The position numbers and the translations under genes were made by a program. Positions 22,007-35,110 of a stretch of DNA of 64,000 nucleotides are shown piece after piece. Source of the stretch: Bugula neritina (taxonomy: Eukaryota > Animalia > Bryozoa). The notes under the pieces are model-generated. The model saw only the letters and a program-made list of their open reading frames with translations. It was not told the DNA's origin and searched no databases. Within the stretch, counting starts at the first letter, position 1. The number at the start of each line of letters is the position of its first letter. The DNA lies in the NCBI GenBank assembly GCA_964035545.1, contig OZ037765.1, positions 28,581,504 through 28,645,503 on the forward strand, written 5' to 3'.

Positions 22007-24819
22007 CTACAAACTTCCCCATTTCCCTAAGATGGTGTCTTTAATAGCATTGATATACTGTGCTGGCACCCAATATATCCAGTATTTTGAGGCTTCTGTG
22101 GGGCCAAGTTGAAGTCCCTAAAACAGATTTTACTTATATGTTTGTTTGACATAGTATTTGTATTTTAACAGACGTCATGATGTTAAATTTAAATAGTTGG
22201 TATATTCAACCTGAACTCAGCCAGCTCATTTCATTGGTGAATAAAGCAAAACCAGAGAATACTAGTATTTTTATCAAGAATTAAAAATGAATATTTCACT
22301 TGAACCACATCAAGCAGTAACCATGGATAAATCCCGCAGACAACAAAGTGTAAAAACCAGCTTTAATGTTACCCTCTCCTAAGACATTTGAGCGTATGGT
22401 AAGATAAGTTTTTTAAATGTTCCCTATTTGTAACTGAATGAATGTGCATATTATCTAAATAGTTGGCAATATTAGAATCAGCAAAACTAATCCACTAGGG
22501 CTAATAAAGCTTGTCTTAAAAACATGTAAAACAGAAAACCTCACTAAAAATGACAGGCCTGAACCTATGAAATGTTAACCTAAAGGTGTGCAATGCAATA
22601 CAATAACTTTGTTTGTGAAACTCACCAGCAAATGATACTCCTCATGGCCTTCAATAGGCTGTGACACAACGTCTTTGATGGACCCCATTTTTATTTTCTG
22701 AGTACGTTCTGCAAAAGAAGATTTTATTTATTCTAAAAATGTTCAAACTAGCCATCGTATTAAAGTTTAGATACACACTAGTCAAAGTAACTATTTACAA
22801 TAATGTTCAATACAATACAAATCATAATAAGTGAAAATTTATGATGGGGTATTCAGATTCAATAAAAAGAATATTTTACAATTAAAAGTACACGGTTTAA
22901 GATTCCCATCCAGCCTGTGGGTTTGAAAATTTCTATTCATATTTGTAGAATAGAAAGATGGATGGTGCAAAAGAAGAACAATGAGTTATATAAACACAAT
23001 CTATCAGCTGCAGTGTCGACAACCTTGCAGATGATCTCATAATGAGAAAACAATTGTCTAATTTCCTGCAGGCTTTTTAACTTTACTGCTTAAATTCATC
23101 ACAGAACCAGGTGCTGGTCATGACAAATAAGTTATATGATAATCAGCAGTGATAAACATAAACCTTAATAAGCATGATGGCAAATCAATAGGATATAATG
23201 GCAAACCAACAGGATATACTGTTATACATCCAGGTTGATATGTTATTGTTATGCTTCCAACAGCTGTATTCATTATCCAATTTTCAGTTCTGTTTGACTT
23301 TTAAAACAATAAACTGATTGAAAAATCGGATTCCTTAAAAAACTGATTTTTGTACCACAAGAATTGATGAAAAAAGTCACACCTTTTGTACCTATCCAGA
23401 GTTCATCTTGATCGAGTTTAAACGTGAGTCGAGTTTTGCCACCATATTTATTGTACATGCCAGAGAGAGGTGTTGGTGGAAGAGGTAAAGAGGATCCCTT
23501 AATACCAGATGCAACATCTTCTGGTTTCCCATGTTTATCAAGCACTTTTTTGTGGGCCTGAAAAGCATGTAGTATGAAGTAGTATTTTTGCGGAGGAAAT
23601 AAGGGAATAATGAATGTATCACGCAATGAACTAATAAACTGCTGCATGATCCATGACTGTTCGCTTTTCTAAAGCTGATTAAATAACACAGCATTAGAAG
23701 TTACGTAAATTCAGTACTAAGTTTAACAGAAAGCTGATCAATATGTCAGATACATTAAATATTAAACATAGAAACTTAGGAAAATAGAGACCAAATAAAG
23801 TATATACTGTAAAAAGATAGTAACTAATGGAGACATAAATTAGACTAACCGTTTGTTTGCAGAGAGGCTCCTTGCTGGAAACTGCTGCCGTGTCGTCTGC
23901 TAAGGAGCTGACAGACTTGAGATCAGGTGCTGCCGCAACTTTCAGCAGGTCATTCATGGTGGATCCTATCACCATGAACTTGTTTGAGCTCTTGGAAACT
24001 TTAAGTTGTTTGAGAGTTTGGTCATTCTGTGTTGAACCTACAAGGGATTTAGGATAGTAAAGTGAATTTGGAGAAAAGTTTCTTTCGCACTATTAAATTA
24101 AGGAAACTGAGAATACATCACAAATAAAACTAAACTGACTGCATCAAATGTTGATATTGACTGTGAATAAATTATAAAAAATTCAGAGTTTGTTTGATTG
24201 ATGCTAGTTTTAAAAAAATAAATGTAAAACTTACCTTTAAACATTACTTTCTGGGTAGCTACAGGGACCCCTACAATTGTCAAAAATATTGCAACAGATG
24301 CATATAACATAGTCAATTAAACAACATGCAGAGGCGAACGATCTCAAACTTGAAATATTACAAATTTACCTAAAAAGGAATTAAGTCTGAAAATCTAAAT
24401 ATTTTATTACCAGTGAGCTTTTCAATATCCTGCTTGAGATCTAATATGGTAGAGTTCAAGTCTGCTATGTGTTCATATTTCTTTTTATTATATATAATTT
24501 TAATAGGAATTGGTTCAGGGGGTGTGGCTACTACATTTGACTGATCAGTATCCATTAAAGTCTGTTCACATGTTTGTTCCTTTTCACATGAATTATTGTC
24601 AGCAGATGAGGTTGTAGCTGCTGCCAATGAGGTGTTAGCTGCCGTAGAGCCCTTAGAGTCAGGTTCAATATTCACTGAGGAGACGTCCATATTGCCAATA
24701 TGTAGGCATTCTTTCTCACTAACTTCATTTACTGTTTGTTTGGAGACAGCAGGCTCAGTGCCTGGCTCTTTATTAGCACTATCACCTGCATCCCTATCTA
24801 TAATCTCTTCACCATTCAT
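22007..24819 (-). CDS. UBFD1: Ubiquitin domain-containing protein UBFD1
   Basis: Exons 24411-24819, 24235-24270, 23850-24037, 23383-23557, 22626-22708, 22007-22117; UBL domain (IIYNKKKY...TGVPVATQKVMFKG), HKKVLDKHGKPED, LSGMYNKYGGKTRLTFKL, GLQLGPTEASKYWIYWVPAQYINAIKDTILG. Confidence 0.93.
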
Positions 24820-27800
24820 ATCTAAAGAAAATCTGAAAAAGTACATAATATTATTAAAACACAACCTGCTAGTTTGATTATGATGAGCAAAATATTTTAA
24901 GCAAGTGAAAAATTTAGTTCATTTTAGTGTGAGAAAATATGATACATTTATTGAAATCTAAATAATTATTCTAGCTTTAAAGAATTCTTATATTTCAGCA
25001 CTTAAAAAGCTCTCAATTTTTAAGCAGATGTAATGGTTAAAATATTGAAGTCAAATTTTACTCTCTTTAAATAAAACTTTCAAAAAATTGCAATTCAGAC
25101 ACTCAAAAATATTATGAAAAACAATTCAGTACACCTGTGCAAATATTATGCAATTTACAATGGTGGGGTGTTGGAACTAGTAAGTGGTATTAGTTTTACA
25201 TAGTTTATTATGTAATACTATTCAGATAAACTGTCTGACCCACACTCAAAGTTCAAATTTGACAGATGTCATCCATACTTTATAAATTTTTTAAAAATCA
25301 CTCAAGATGTTGCATAAGCTTAACCATAAACAAAACTACCAGACACATATTTATTTACAATGAATAGTTATTAAATGCTGTTTTAGACTAAATTTCCTAC
25401 TACTAAGTTTGGTAGTAATTTCCAAAATTATAGCCAGAAAGATGAACATCCGTATAAAAATAGCATAATATAATAACATAAGCTATACCTTTAATTCAAC
25501 GGCCACCTGTGCAGGACTACAGCTGTCCAGGTGAGAAACAAGCTATATTTAGTTTAAATTTTAAGCAATTGATAAACTTTTGGAGTTGTGCTTTCTATAC
25601 TAGGACAATTTTAAAATGTGTAATTTTTATATAAACCCAAGGAGTGATGTTTAAGATGTAGAGAAAAAAAACTGCATTATTATAAAACTTGCATACTTGT
25701 AGTTATTATTATGGCTTTACAAAGTCATAGATTCATGTTAGTAACCTAACAGTTTATTTAATGTGATTGGACCATGCTAACTTTAAAAACATTTTATTTG
25801 TCTACCAGAATAACACATGACTTGTGAATATTTAGGCATGTTGCCAGTTGATGAAAAATTTGTCCACAAATTGCATAGCCTAACAAGTTACTTTTATTAG
25901 CAGTATTGAGCTCAGTGTGCCACATTAGTTAAAACTTCGTATTTGACAGTACCAGCATGTGGGGCATAGTTGAAAAGTTAATACCATCCTTTCAAGTAGT
26001 TGACTAGTTTTAAATTAAGTACCTTCCTTTCATTTGATGCCATAATTTCACCAAACAAGTTACTCCCTGATAGTGCCTACATACTTTTCACTTAGTATTG
26101 CCTCCTACTACTAAGCAGTACTAAAGCCACATCAAAATGTCACCAAAAGATATTAAATCAAAATGTTTTACAACAATTGAAATAGATAATTTGATACACC
26201 CAACTTGGTGATAGTAATCAACCAGCATTCTAAGCTTTAATTCTGAATAAAATCCAATGTTCAAACGCTGCAGTACAAGTTTCTACGTAGTTTGCAAACT
26301 GCTGCAATATTTGCTGTAAATTTACTCTTAACATACTAGCTAAAATTAAAGACATTCATGTTATAGTGCTATATTAAATAAATCTTTCAACAACCTATTT
26401 CAAATTCATGAACTATGTAATAAATAAATTAAACAGAGCAGTCGGAAAAGTTTCGAAACTTACAATTGGAGTATGTCTACAAGATTTTCCAAAATATTTG
26501 TTATAACAGCAATCATATTTAAAACAAATCATAGTGAATAAGAAATAACTCAAATTACATTTACTTTCAGTCCTACTTATACTAGTAATAAAAATACATT
26601 ATTACTTGCTATAAATCTTTTAGTTCCAAGATTATTAACCTATGATTGATGATTACAGTTTTGCTGTGGCTTCATAGTCTATACTCTATATTCTAACATA
26701 TAATCAAAATACAAGAGGGTTATCACTCAACTAAAACCTAGACATTTAAAATAAAGATAGAAAATGATGCCCATCATCATGGTCATATTGAATTTTATAA
26801 GTGGAGAAAGGCTTTCTTTTTAAACTTAAAATTAAAAATTAATATTACCCCTAATATTTTAAAGAACAAATAATCATTATGATAAATAAATCAAAATTTA
26901 AATACTTAAATTATTAGTATAACTAAAGAGCAACTAAATCTTACCAACAAATATAACTAGCTGTACAAACTATAACTTAATCACAAATTTTAGTGGCAGT
27001 TTTTATCATTAGTAAAATTACTAAATTTTTTCTTTTCTACTACTGATACCTTAAAGTCTTAAACCCACAAGCTGAAATCACAACTCTAGTAATCTTTACA
27101 GCCTGCTTTAGTCCAAAGAGATGTTTTATTGTAAGTGTACAGATGTTTCTAGCATAAAAAAACAGTAAGTGGAATACTCACTACATAGAACTCCCAGCTC
27201 TAAATGTAGTTAAATGCTTTTGCCTGTAATGAGATGAGGAGAGGCAAATGTGACACTTTATGTAAGCTACTATAAGTGGCCTAACAACTTGAGCATTTAT
27301 AAACAATTTCATTGTTCTGCATACACTCAAAACGATTATGTGACAATGGTAGCTCTACCAGTAGTATACTAGATGAAATTTTACATAATAATGAAGGCAG
27401 TTATTATAAAGAGTTAAGTTATTACTCATTACCACTTACATAAGACTAAGTTAAGTACTTTATATTGTTACATAAGAATAAGAACTCAGAAAATCTGTCC
27501 GGTCATTATACTCACTAACTACAGAATTAGCATATGTCAGTATTACATTTAGTAGCTAATGATTTAACAATTTAATCCTAATGTCATATTTAGCATTTAG
27601 TTTTAGATCTATAACATTACCTAATTTGTCAATTTCAGTGTTTAAACTTCTGGTCTGTAATGATAAAGGCTAAAACTAGACACTTTAACTACTAGCACTA
27701 GAAGAAGGACTTCACTATTAGTATTAGTAATACAACTAGCATTTGTAGTTGTATTAATAATAGTAATAGACATAATTAATATTATAGTGATACTAATCTG

Positions 27801-29477
27801 ATACTTGAAGTTTAAGTAAGTGGTAGTATCATAATCAAACCCATTATGATTAGCATAACTGATTACGGTTACCCACGACTAAGTTATACAATTACAACAT
27901 GAATAAACATTTATTGATTTATATTCATATTGATAATATTGACAATGAAAAATATTTCAATTTTAATCATAATCATAATGAGTTAATCTAATAGTAATAC
28001 AATTAGTATAAGTATTACATTATAATTATTGTATTTAATTATTATTATCACTTTCATTATGATTATAATTGCCTATGATTACTAATACTAATAGTAATAC
28101 TAATACTAATCACTCAATCAGCAGATGAGACTGAGTATCACATTTTGATTTATTTTTAATTCTCCATTGATACCCAATTTCATATTCATTACGATTATTC
28201 ATTTTCATAAAATAATTCATATTCATATTGACTATATTTATTGATAATTACTATTATAACGATAATGATATTCATATTGATATTGAATTTGATACCCACA
28301 GTATCAGTATGAGTCACGGCCCTACTGATAATAATTATACATTATGATAATGATAATTTAAAATTTTAAATTAAATAAATTTAAATACTACAAGACCAAG
28401 TCCAAAACACGTTTACTTTTGCTTTGTGCTTATCGACTTTTACTTTTAGTTTTTTATTAGACATCAAAAATAAATGAGTGAATTCAATAATTTTGGTGAT
28501 AACTACGAATGTTTAAATTTTTCTTTTTATGCAAGCTTTTTTAAAATGAAAACTAAAACCAAAGTTTCCAATTGTTCAACGCCACGGTTCCTTTAGTCGA
28601 GAAATTCGAAGTGGGCACGTAAGACACCTTCCCGAACATTATTTACAACTAACTAATCATCTACATTCTACATGGTAATTTTGTAACTGAGATAACTCCG
28701 CTGTAAAACAGCTCTAGGTGGGATAACTCCATGCGCAGCAATAAAATGGTGTAAGACTGCGTGTTACAAACAATATTGTAGATCTCCATTAGAAAAAAAT
28801 AACCTCTTACAGGGTCCAATCATACTAAATTTTTCAGCACTATCACAAAAATAATTTATTTTACTCAAAATTTACAAAAATATTAAGGTTGTCCTATAGT
28901 AATAAATTGCCAGATGCATAGTTTAAGCCTCCTTATTCAACATATTGCAATTCGTATTACTTCAAATGCTTATTTTTGTGCAAAAGTGTTCAGTCGCTTC
29001 ATGAGACAGGCAGCTATACTAGTTTGGGTAGCATACACGACCACACCTATCTGCTTTAATAAAATTCGCTTTAAAATACAAAAAGCCAAAAATTTAAAAA
29101 AGAGACAATTTATTAAATAAAATCAACCCTACTATAGCTATAATACACTAAATGAATTGAATGAAAGTAATATTTTTATTTTTTATTTTCATAATGCAAA
29201 GAATTTCCACTATAATATTTTGTAACACAAACAGAGCATATAAACGAGTAAGTTATTGCTATCACTTTGCATTTAATTCAAAATGTGCAATGCGCAATAT
29301 GTAAAAAAATATTAGCTGTAAAAAACAGAGCAGGTTTATTTTTTAAAATTATTTTCAGTATTTACACAACAGAAACATGCTTTAACACTACATAGTTAAT
29401 TTACAGAACAGTTCTTTCATTACAAAATGTATTACAAAAGAATTACAAGGTGATGTATAATGGTCACCGCTACATAT

Positions 29478-32400
29478 TTACATATCTTCAGTGCTCCATT
29501 TATAAGCCTCAGCAGCCACAGCTTTTCGCTTTGATATAGACTGGAAATACTTTTTCTCGAACCCATTACCTCTGTCCACACCATCCCACCTATAACCTGG
29601 CCGAATCCCAAAACGATTGGGCTCAGGTGCAGGACCTCTATATTGAGGATATTCTAAAACAAAAACATGCATTATATTCTCACCTAGCAACAAATAAACA
29701 ACAAAATAAGTGAACAGGACAAACCTAAATAAATTTGTATGTTTGATAATAGCACTACTAAATGTCATGCAAAATAAGATCTCTTGAAAATAATATCAAC
29801 AAAAAACTAGTATTTCTACTAGCTGTGGTATGGAAAAACTTGAACACCAAAAAGGCTAAAAGAAACAAGCTGTAATGTAACCAGTTGAAACATAGAATTT
29901 TTTAGTTACAACTTTTAGTTATACGGAAAAGTCAGCACACAGTAAATTATTATATGGCAAATAATGGCAAATACAAACTTGGGGCTTTGGACTTGGCACT
30001 TTTCTTTTTCTTGAGAAATGCCAACATTGGATCACCATCACGATCTTGATCTTTGAGAAAGCTGTCTAGGTCAGCATCATCCTTTGTTCTAGCCAGAGGC
30101 TTGTTCATTTCATGTGCCATCTCAGTTATATGCTCTTTTTCAGCTGCTCCTTGCGCAACTCTACACATTAAAATTAGTAGTTTAGAGCTGACAAAATAAA
30201 ACTTTACTGATAAGAGTACAACTCAAGTAATATTTAAGTGCTTCACTATCCAAAGTCAATGAGTAAGTCAAAGGTCCGTGTAACCACCCTCCTAGGTATT
30301 ATCAGAGTTTTATACTGATGTGTGGTATTTTATTGGTTTAATCATCATCACCACAATCATCACTGTAAAACTGCGAAGTAATTAAAAAAGATGAATAAAA
30401 ATGCACATGTATAACCTAAATATAATTCTAATAAAGAGTAAGTAGTTTAACAAACAACAAACAAATTAACATTAATAAATTTAACAACATTATATATACA
30501 GCATACTTTTGTCACCTTTCTAGGAGAGATAGGTGCAGTAATGGAGAAATTGAAAAAAGCCTGTGTTCTAGAGTAGAAATGTAGCAAAATAAGTAATGTT
30601 CCCGCAAAAATTTCAACCCGAGCCCTAACCCAAAATCTGTAAGCAAATTTAAAGAACTTGGGCCATCTCAATTTCTCCAAACTTACAACTATAATTCCAA
30701 TCTCCAGTAAATAACAATAAGAAGTTCATTGAATACTTAGCAAATTTTCAACTAGTTATCTTTTACAATATAGATTCTGCTTTACTTGACGCTATATTAT
30801 CGAGGAAGCACATCTCACAATAATAATGGTTTACCCTTTATTCCATTTATCGTATTTTTCTTTCCACTCATTACTCTTAGCATCATCCTGCTCCTTTTCG
30901 GATGCCAAATTTCTTTTCTTTCCAGTCTTATCCCTAAAAACTGTATGGGCATTTTTTCCCAATACTTCATCATCTATCTAAAGTATTACAAAGAAAAACA
31001 ACTTTTATAAACAATTCATACAATGATGTCTAAAATGTGTCTGTTTCGTTAAGGTAATTTTGCTAGATATAGAATTTGACATCAGCAATGGCTTAATTTA
31101 CCTTATTCAAATAAGTAATAGAATTGTAATTATTAGTAATTGATAACATTTATGAACTACTAAATTGTTATCAAAGAATACAAAAATAGTATACAGTTAC
31201 AACATTCATCCTTTTCCTGTAATTAGTAATACCTTATTAAACATTTGTACTTCTTTCAATTTTAATTTCTCCGCCTCTTTTTTCATATCCTGAGCTGATG
31301 AGAGCCCAGCAATCTTTCCTGAAAGTGTTTTATTGGTTGTTATGGAATTATTAGACTCAGTGTTACTAATATTTTGTTTTCGTGGAGGTGAGCTGTCTGA
31401 GTCATTCCTCTTCCTTCTGGGTGGTGAGCTGTCTGAGTCATTCCTCTTCCTTCTGGGAGGTGAGCTGTCTGAGTCATTCCTCTTCCTTCTGGGTGGTGAG
31501 CTGTCTGAATCATTCCTTTTTCTTCTGGGAGGTGAGCTGTCTGAGTCATTCCTTTTTCTTCTGGGAGGTGAGATGTCTGAGTCATTCCTCTTCCTTCTGG
31601 GTGGTGAGTTGTCTGAGTCATTCCTTTTTCTTCTGGGAGGTGAGATGTCTGAGTCATTCCTTTTTCTTCTGGGGGGTGAGCTGTCTGAGTCATTCCTCTT
31701 CCTTCTGGGTGGTGAGATGTCTGAATCATTCCTTTTTCTTCTGGGAGGTGAGCTGTCTGAGTCATTCCTTTTTCTTCTGGGAGGTGAGATGTCTGAGTCA
31801 TTCCTCTTCCTTCTGGGTGGTGAGTTGTCTGAGTCATTCCTTTTTCTTCTGGGAGGTGAGATGTCTGAGTCATTCCTTTTTCTTCTGGGAGGTGAGATGT
31901 CTGAGTCATTCCTCTTCCTTCTGGGAGGTGAGATGTCTGATCCAATTCTTTCCTTTCCTGAAGGCAAACTGTTGCTGTCAACTTCCTGATTTATGGTAGA
32001 CGAATAACTATCTGTGTTATTCACTACAAACAAAAGAAATTGTTAGAAAGATATAATACATTAATAAAAAGTATGAAAATGTTTATTTTGATCTTGAAAA
32101 AAATATAAAATATCAGTAAAAGTGAAATATTTATTGGCATAATTAGGTGCACAATGATGTCTGGCATTTAATTGCCATAAATTTAGATATTTGTTTCAAT
32201 AAAATATTTATTGTTTCTATAAAAACAGTACTTAGTGCAGTACAAACTGCTTACTTTTAGTCAATTTTTTCCATTTCATATTTTCGCGGTACTCTTCCAG
32301 TTGACGCACAGCTTCAGGTCTTTCATCAATAATTTCCGCCACAGTTGGATTATCATCTTCAAGTTCACAGTCCGCAGGTAAAAGCTTTGCTAAGTCTAGA

Positions 32401-33092
32401 TCTTCGTCAACAATCTTCAGGCTGCACAAACATAAAATCATCTTTCAGTTTAGGTTAACAATTTAAGGGGCTTCATAGAATTTTTGCAAAATTTCCTCTA
32501 AATACTTTTACTGAATAATTACAACAAAATTTACAGGGTAGTTCAATTTGTAGTCAATGATCTTATTAGTGCAGTGCTCCCTCCGTATCTCACTAAGCTG
32601 CGGGTCTGAAACTTTAATTCATGACAGTAGAATACCAGTTTTAACTCATGGATTCGTTAAATTCAACCATTTTGCCCCTATACAGTATACACACCTGCAT
32701 AAGCCACAAAACAGGGGTTCAAGCCCTTATTGTGACCTATGAAATTCCGTGAGAACTGCATCTGTGAGATATGGAGGGAGCACTGTATTAGCTCATAAAC
32801 AATATTTCACCATCCAAATCAAACTGATAATAAGCTATGTATGAATGTTTTAAAACTCTTCAATTTGTATAATTTATGGCAACTTCATGCAGTATGTAGC
32901 TGAGCATGCTCAATTAAAAGAGAAAATAGAATTTATAGTATCCAAATATATATCAAAGTTTAATGTTTACCCTGTTGCGGGTTTCACAGAAGACAATTTC
33001 TTTCTCCTCTTTTTTTTCTTCTGTCCGGCATCAGCAGCTTCAACATCAGCAGCTAAATATCTTTTCAAGTACTCAGCTTTAGACAATGCCAT
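29478..33092 (-). CDS. BUD13: BUD13 homologue (RES splicing complex)
   Basis: Exons 32971-33092, 32255-32421, 31233-32023, 30835-30977, 29979-30160, 29478-29653; [13 protein letters not shown] start, SPPRR repeats, C-terminal [22 protein letters not shown]...YKWSTEDM. Confidence 0.95.
31375..31945 (-). repeat. Coding 36-bp tandem repeat, ~16 units (DSD[I/S/N]SPPRRKRN) in BUD13
   Basis: Unit ctgggaggtgagatgtctgagtcattcctcttcctt on the + strand; 16 SPPR motifs counted in the translation. Confidence 0.95.
32572..32785. mobile_element. Tc1/mariner-like MITE in a BUD13 intron
   Basis: TIRs CAGTGCTCCCTCCGTATCTCAC / GTGAGATATGGAGGGAGCACTG (21/22); flanked by TG and TA (degenerate TA TSD). Confidence 0.8.
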
Positions 33093-33699
33093 TTCAGAGC
33101 TGAATAAATTGTAATAATCAAGTATATTTAGCATATCCATGCAGCTTACTGACCAAACTAACAGTCTTCAACAAATATTTACATAACTAACTTGCAAGAA
33201 GAACATTTTGAACACTTGAGGTATTGACTAAATAATAATTCACTAATTCTCACTTTTAGAACAATATTTATGGTAACCGACTTAAACTTGGAACATAAAA
33301 ATTAAAACTTTTCATGAAAGAGAAAGCAGTTCCATCAATTTACACTTCACATACAAAAAGCACTTAGCAAAATAAACAAATACTAGAGTTGAGTCAAATA
33401 CCAGAGTTGATTTGACATTCATTTCATAGGCTGGTGTCACTGTCAGTATTATCCCCAAGTCAATACCACTGATTTATAACAAAACAATTTCTCTTGAAGC
33501 TGAGTTATTATCGTTATGTAAACAAAGATAAACAGCTGTTTAGCAAAATTACAGAAATTAAATTATATAAATTAAAAATTTTATGTGCTTTTATAGTTAT
33601 CACTGTTACTATCAGCTGTAAAGTAACTCTCTAGCCTACGAAAAACAAATTTCATTAAAAAACAGCAGTATCTGTTAAATTTTATATTATAAGTCTAAG

Positions 33700-34320
33700 A
33701 TTATTATTAAGTATTAGCATCTCTACAACATTAACTATAACTATCACTGTTAATTATTCTATTACTATCACTCTACCAGTATTACTATTACTACTAGTAT
33801 TACTAATATTACATTAATTATAAATATAACTATATTAGTATCACATTTACTAATTTAGTTTTAAGTTTTACTGAGTAAATTACTGAATAAGTAACACTTA
33901 CACCAACACTAATAGTAATAGCAATACTAACAGTAATACTAAGTCTAATACTAATACTAGTAATACCAATAGTAATAATAGTAATACTAATACTTATACT
34001 AATACTAATACTAATAGTAATACTTATACTATTACTATTAGTATAAGTAATTAAATTTAAATAGTATTAGTATTACTAATAGTGTAATACTGATAGTAAT
34101 AAGTGATACTAATACTATTAGTATAAGTATTAGTATTACATTTACTAGACTTACCGTCACTTAAACTAAAACTAAAACTTCAAGTTAAACTTAAAGTTAA
34201 TATTAATATAATTTAAATTATAATTATAATAATTATAATAATATTAATAGTAATACTCTAATACTCTAATAGTAATACTACGTCTAATCTTCATACTATA
34301 CTACTATAATTAATAAATGC
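33700..34320. repeat. Degenerate (aatact/aatagt)n tract
   Basis: Visible hexamer periodicity upstream of the BUD13 start codon. Confidence 0.85.
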
Positions 34321-35110
34321 ATAACTTGAAATATAATTTTTTCTCTTCATATATACTTATATTGTTTGTATTGTTTAAATTTAATAAATATCAATACTTG
34401 TAGTACTGATACATTCACTTTCAGTATTCACGAACTATACGGAAACAGGTCTAAACTAGAATAAATGGTTTGCTGATAATATAGCCTACATGCTGCCTTC
34501 AATATGATCGAGTATTTAACTCTTTGTAAGCGGTCGAGTATTTTCGTCCAGTTTAAGAGGGATTGCTGGGTTAGCATTACCGTAAAATCACAATGTTATC
34601 TTTTTTGTAAAAAAGTGTGTAATGATAAATTTTCTCCTCATAGACCCAATGATTTCTAGATATTAATTTAGTAACAGTTATCAACATTAATGATTAACTT
34701 GACTTTTAATGTTACTTTTACTTTTACTTTTGCTTTTAGTTCAAGTTCAAAGGGTACAACTAAAACTTCAACTCGAAAATGAAAATCAAAAAGGAATATA
34801 TTTTAGTTTTTGTTATATATCTTTATTTTAGCACTTGCAGTTGATATTTAAAATCTATTCGAATTTAACTCTAGCCCTAAGAGTAAGGCTATGAGTAAGT
34901 CAGTCTAATCAGTATCACTATGAGTATGAGACAGTGACAGTGATATTGTCATAGTGATAGTGATACTCATACTGTCACTTGAATAACACAAATTGAAATT
35001 TCAATCAAATAACTGTGTTACAAAAGTGCTTCATTACGATTATTGTCAAGTCAATTACTTGACTTTGATACAAGTTTTTTATAACTGTACATTGATCTTG
35101 TTGTAGGGAA

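Noticed and set aside
31333-31999. Long ORFs in other frames and on the opposite strand over the BUD13 repeat; also a superficial CRISPR-like 36-bp periodicity
   Set aside because: A stop-free 36-bp unit opens several frames automatically; there are no unique spacers, and the SPPRR frame splices into BUD13.
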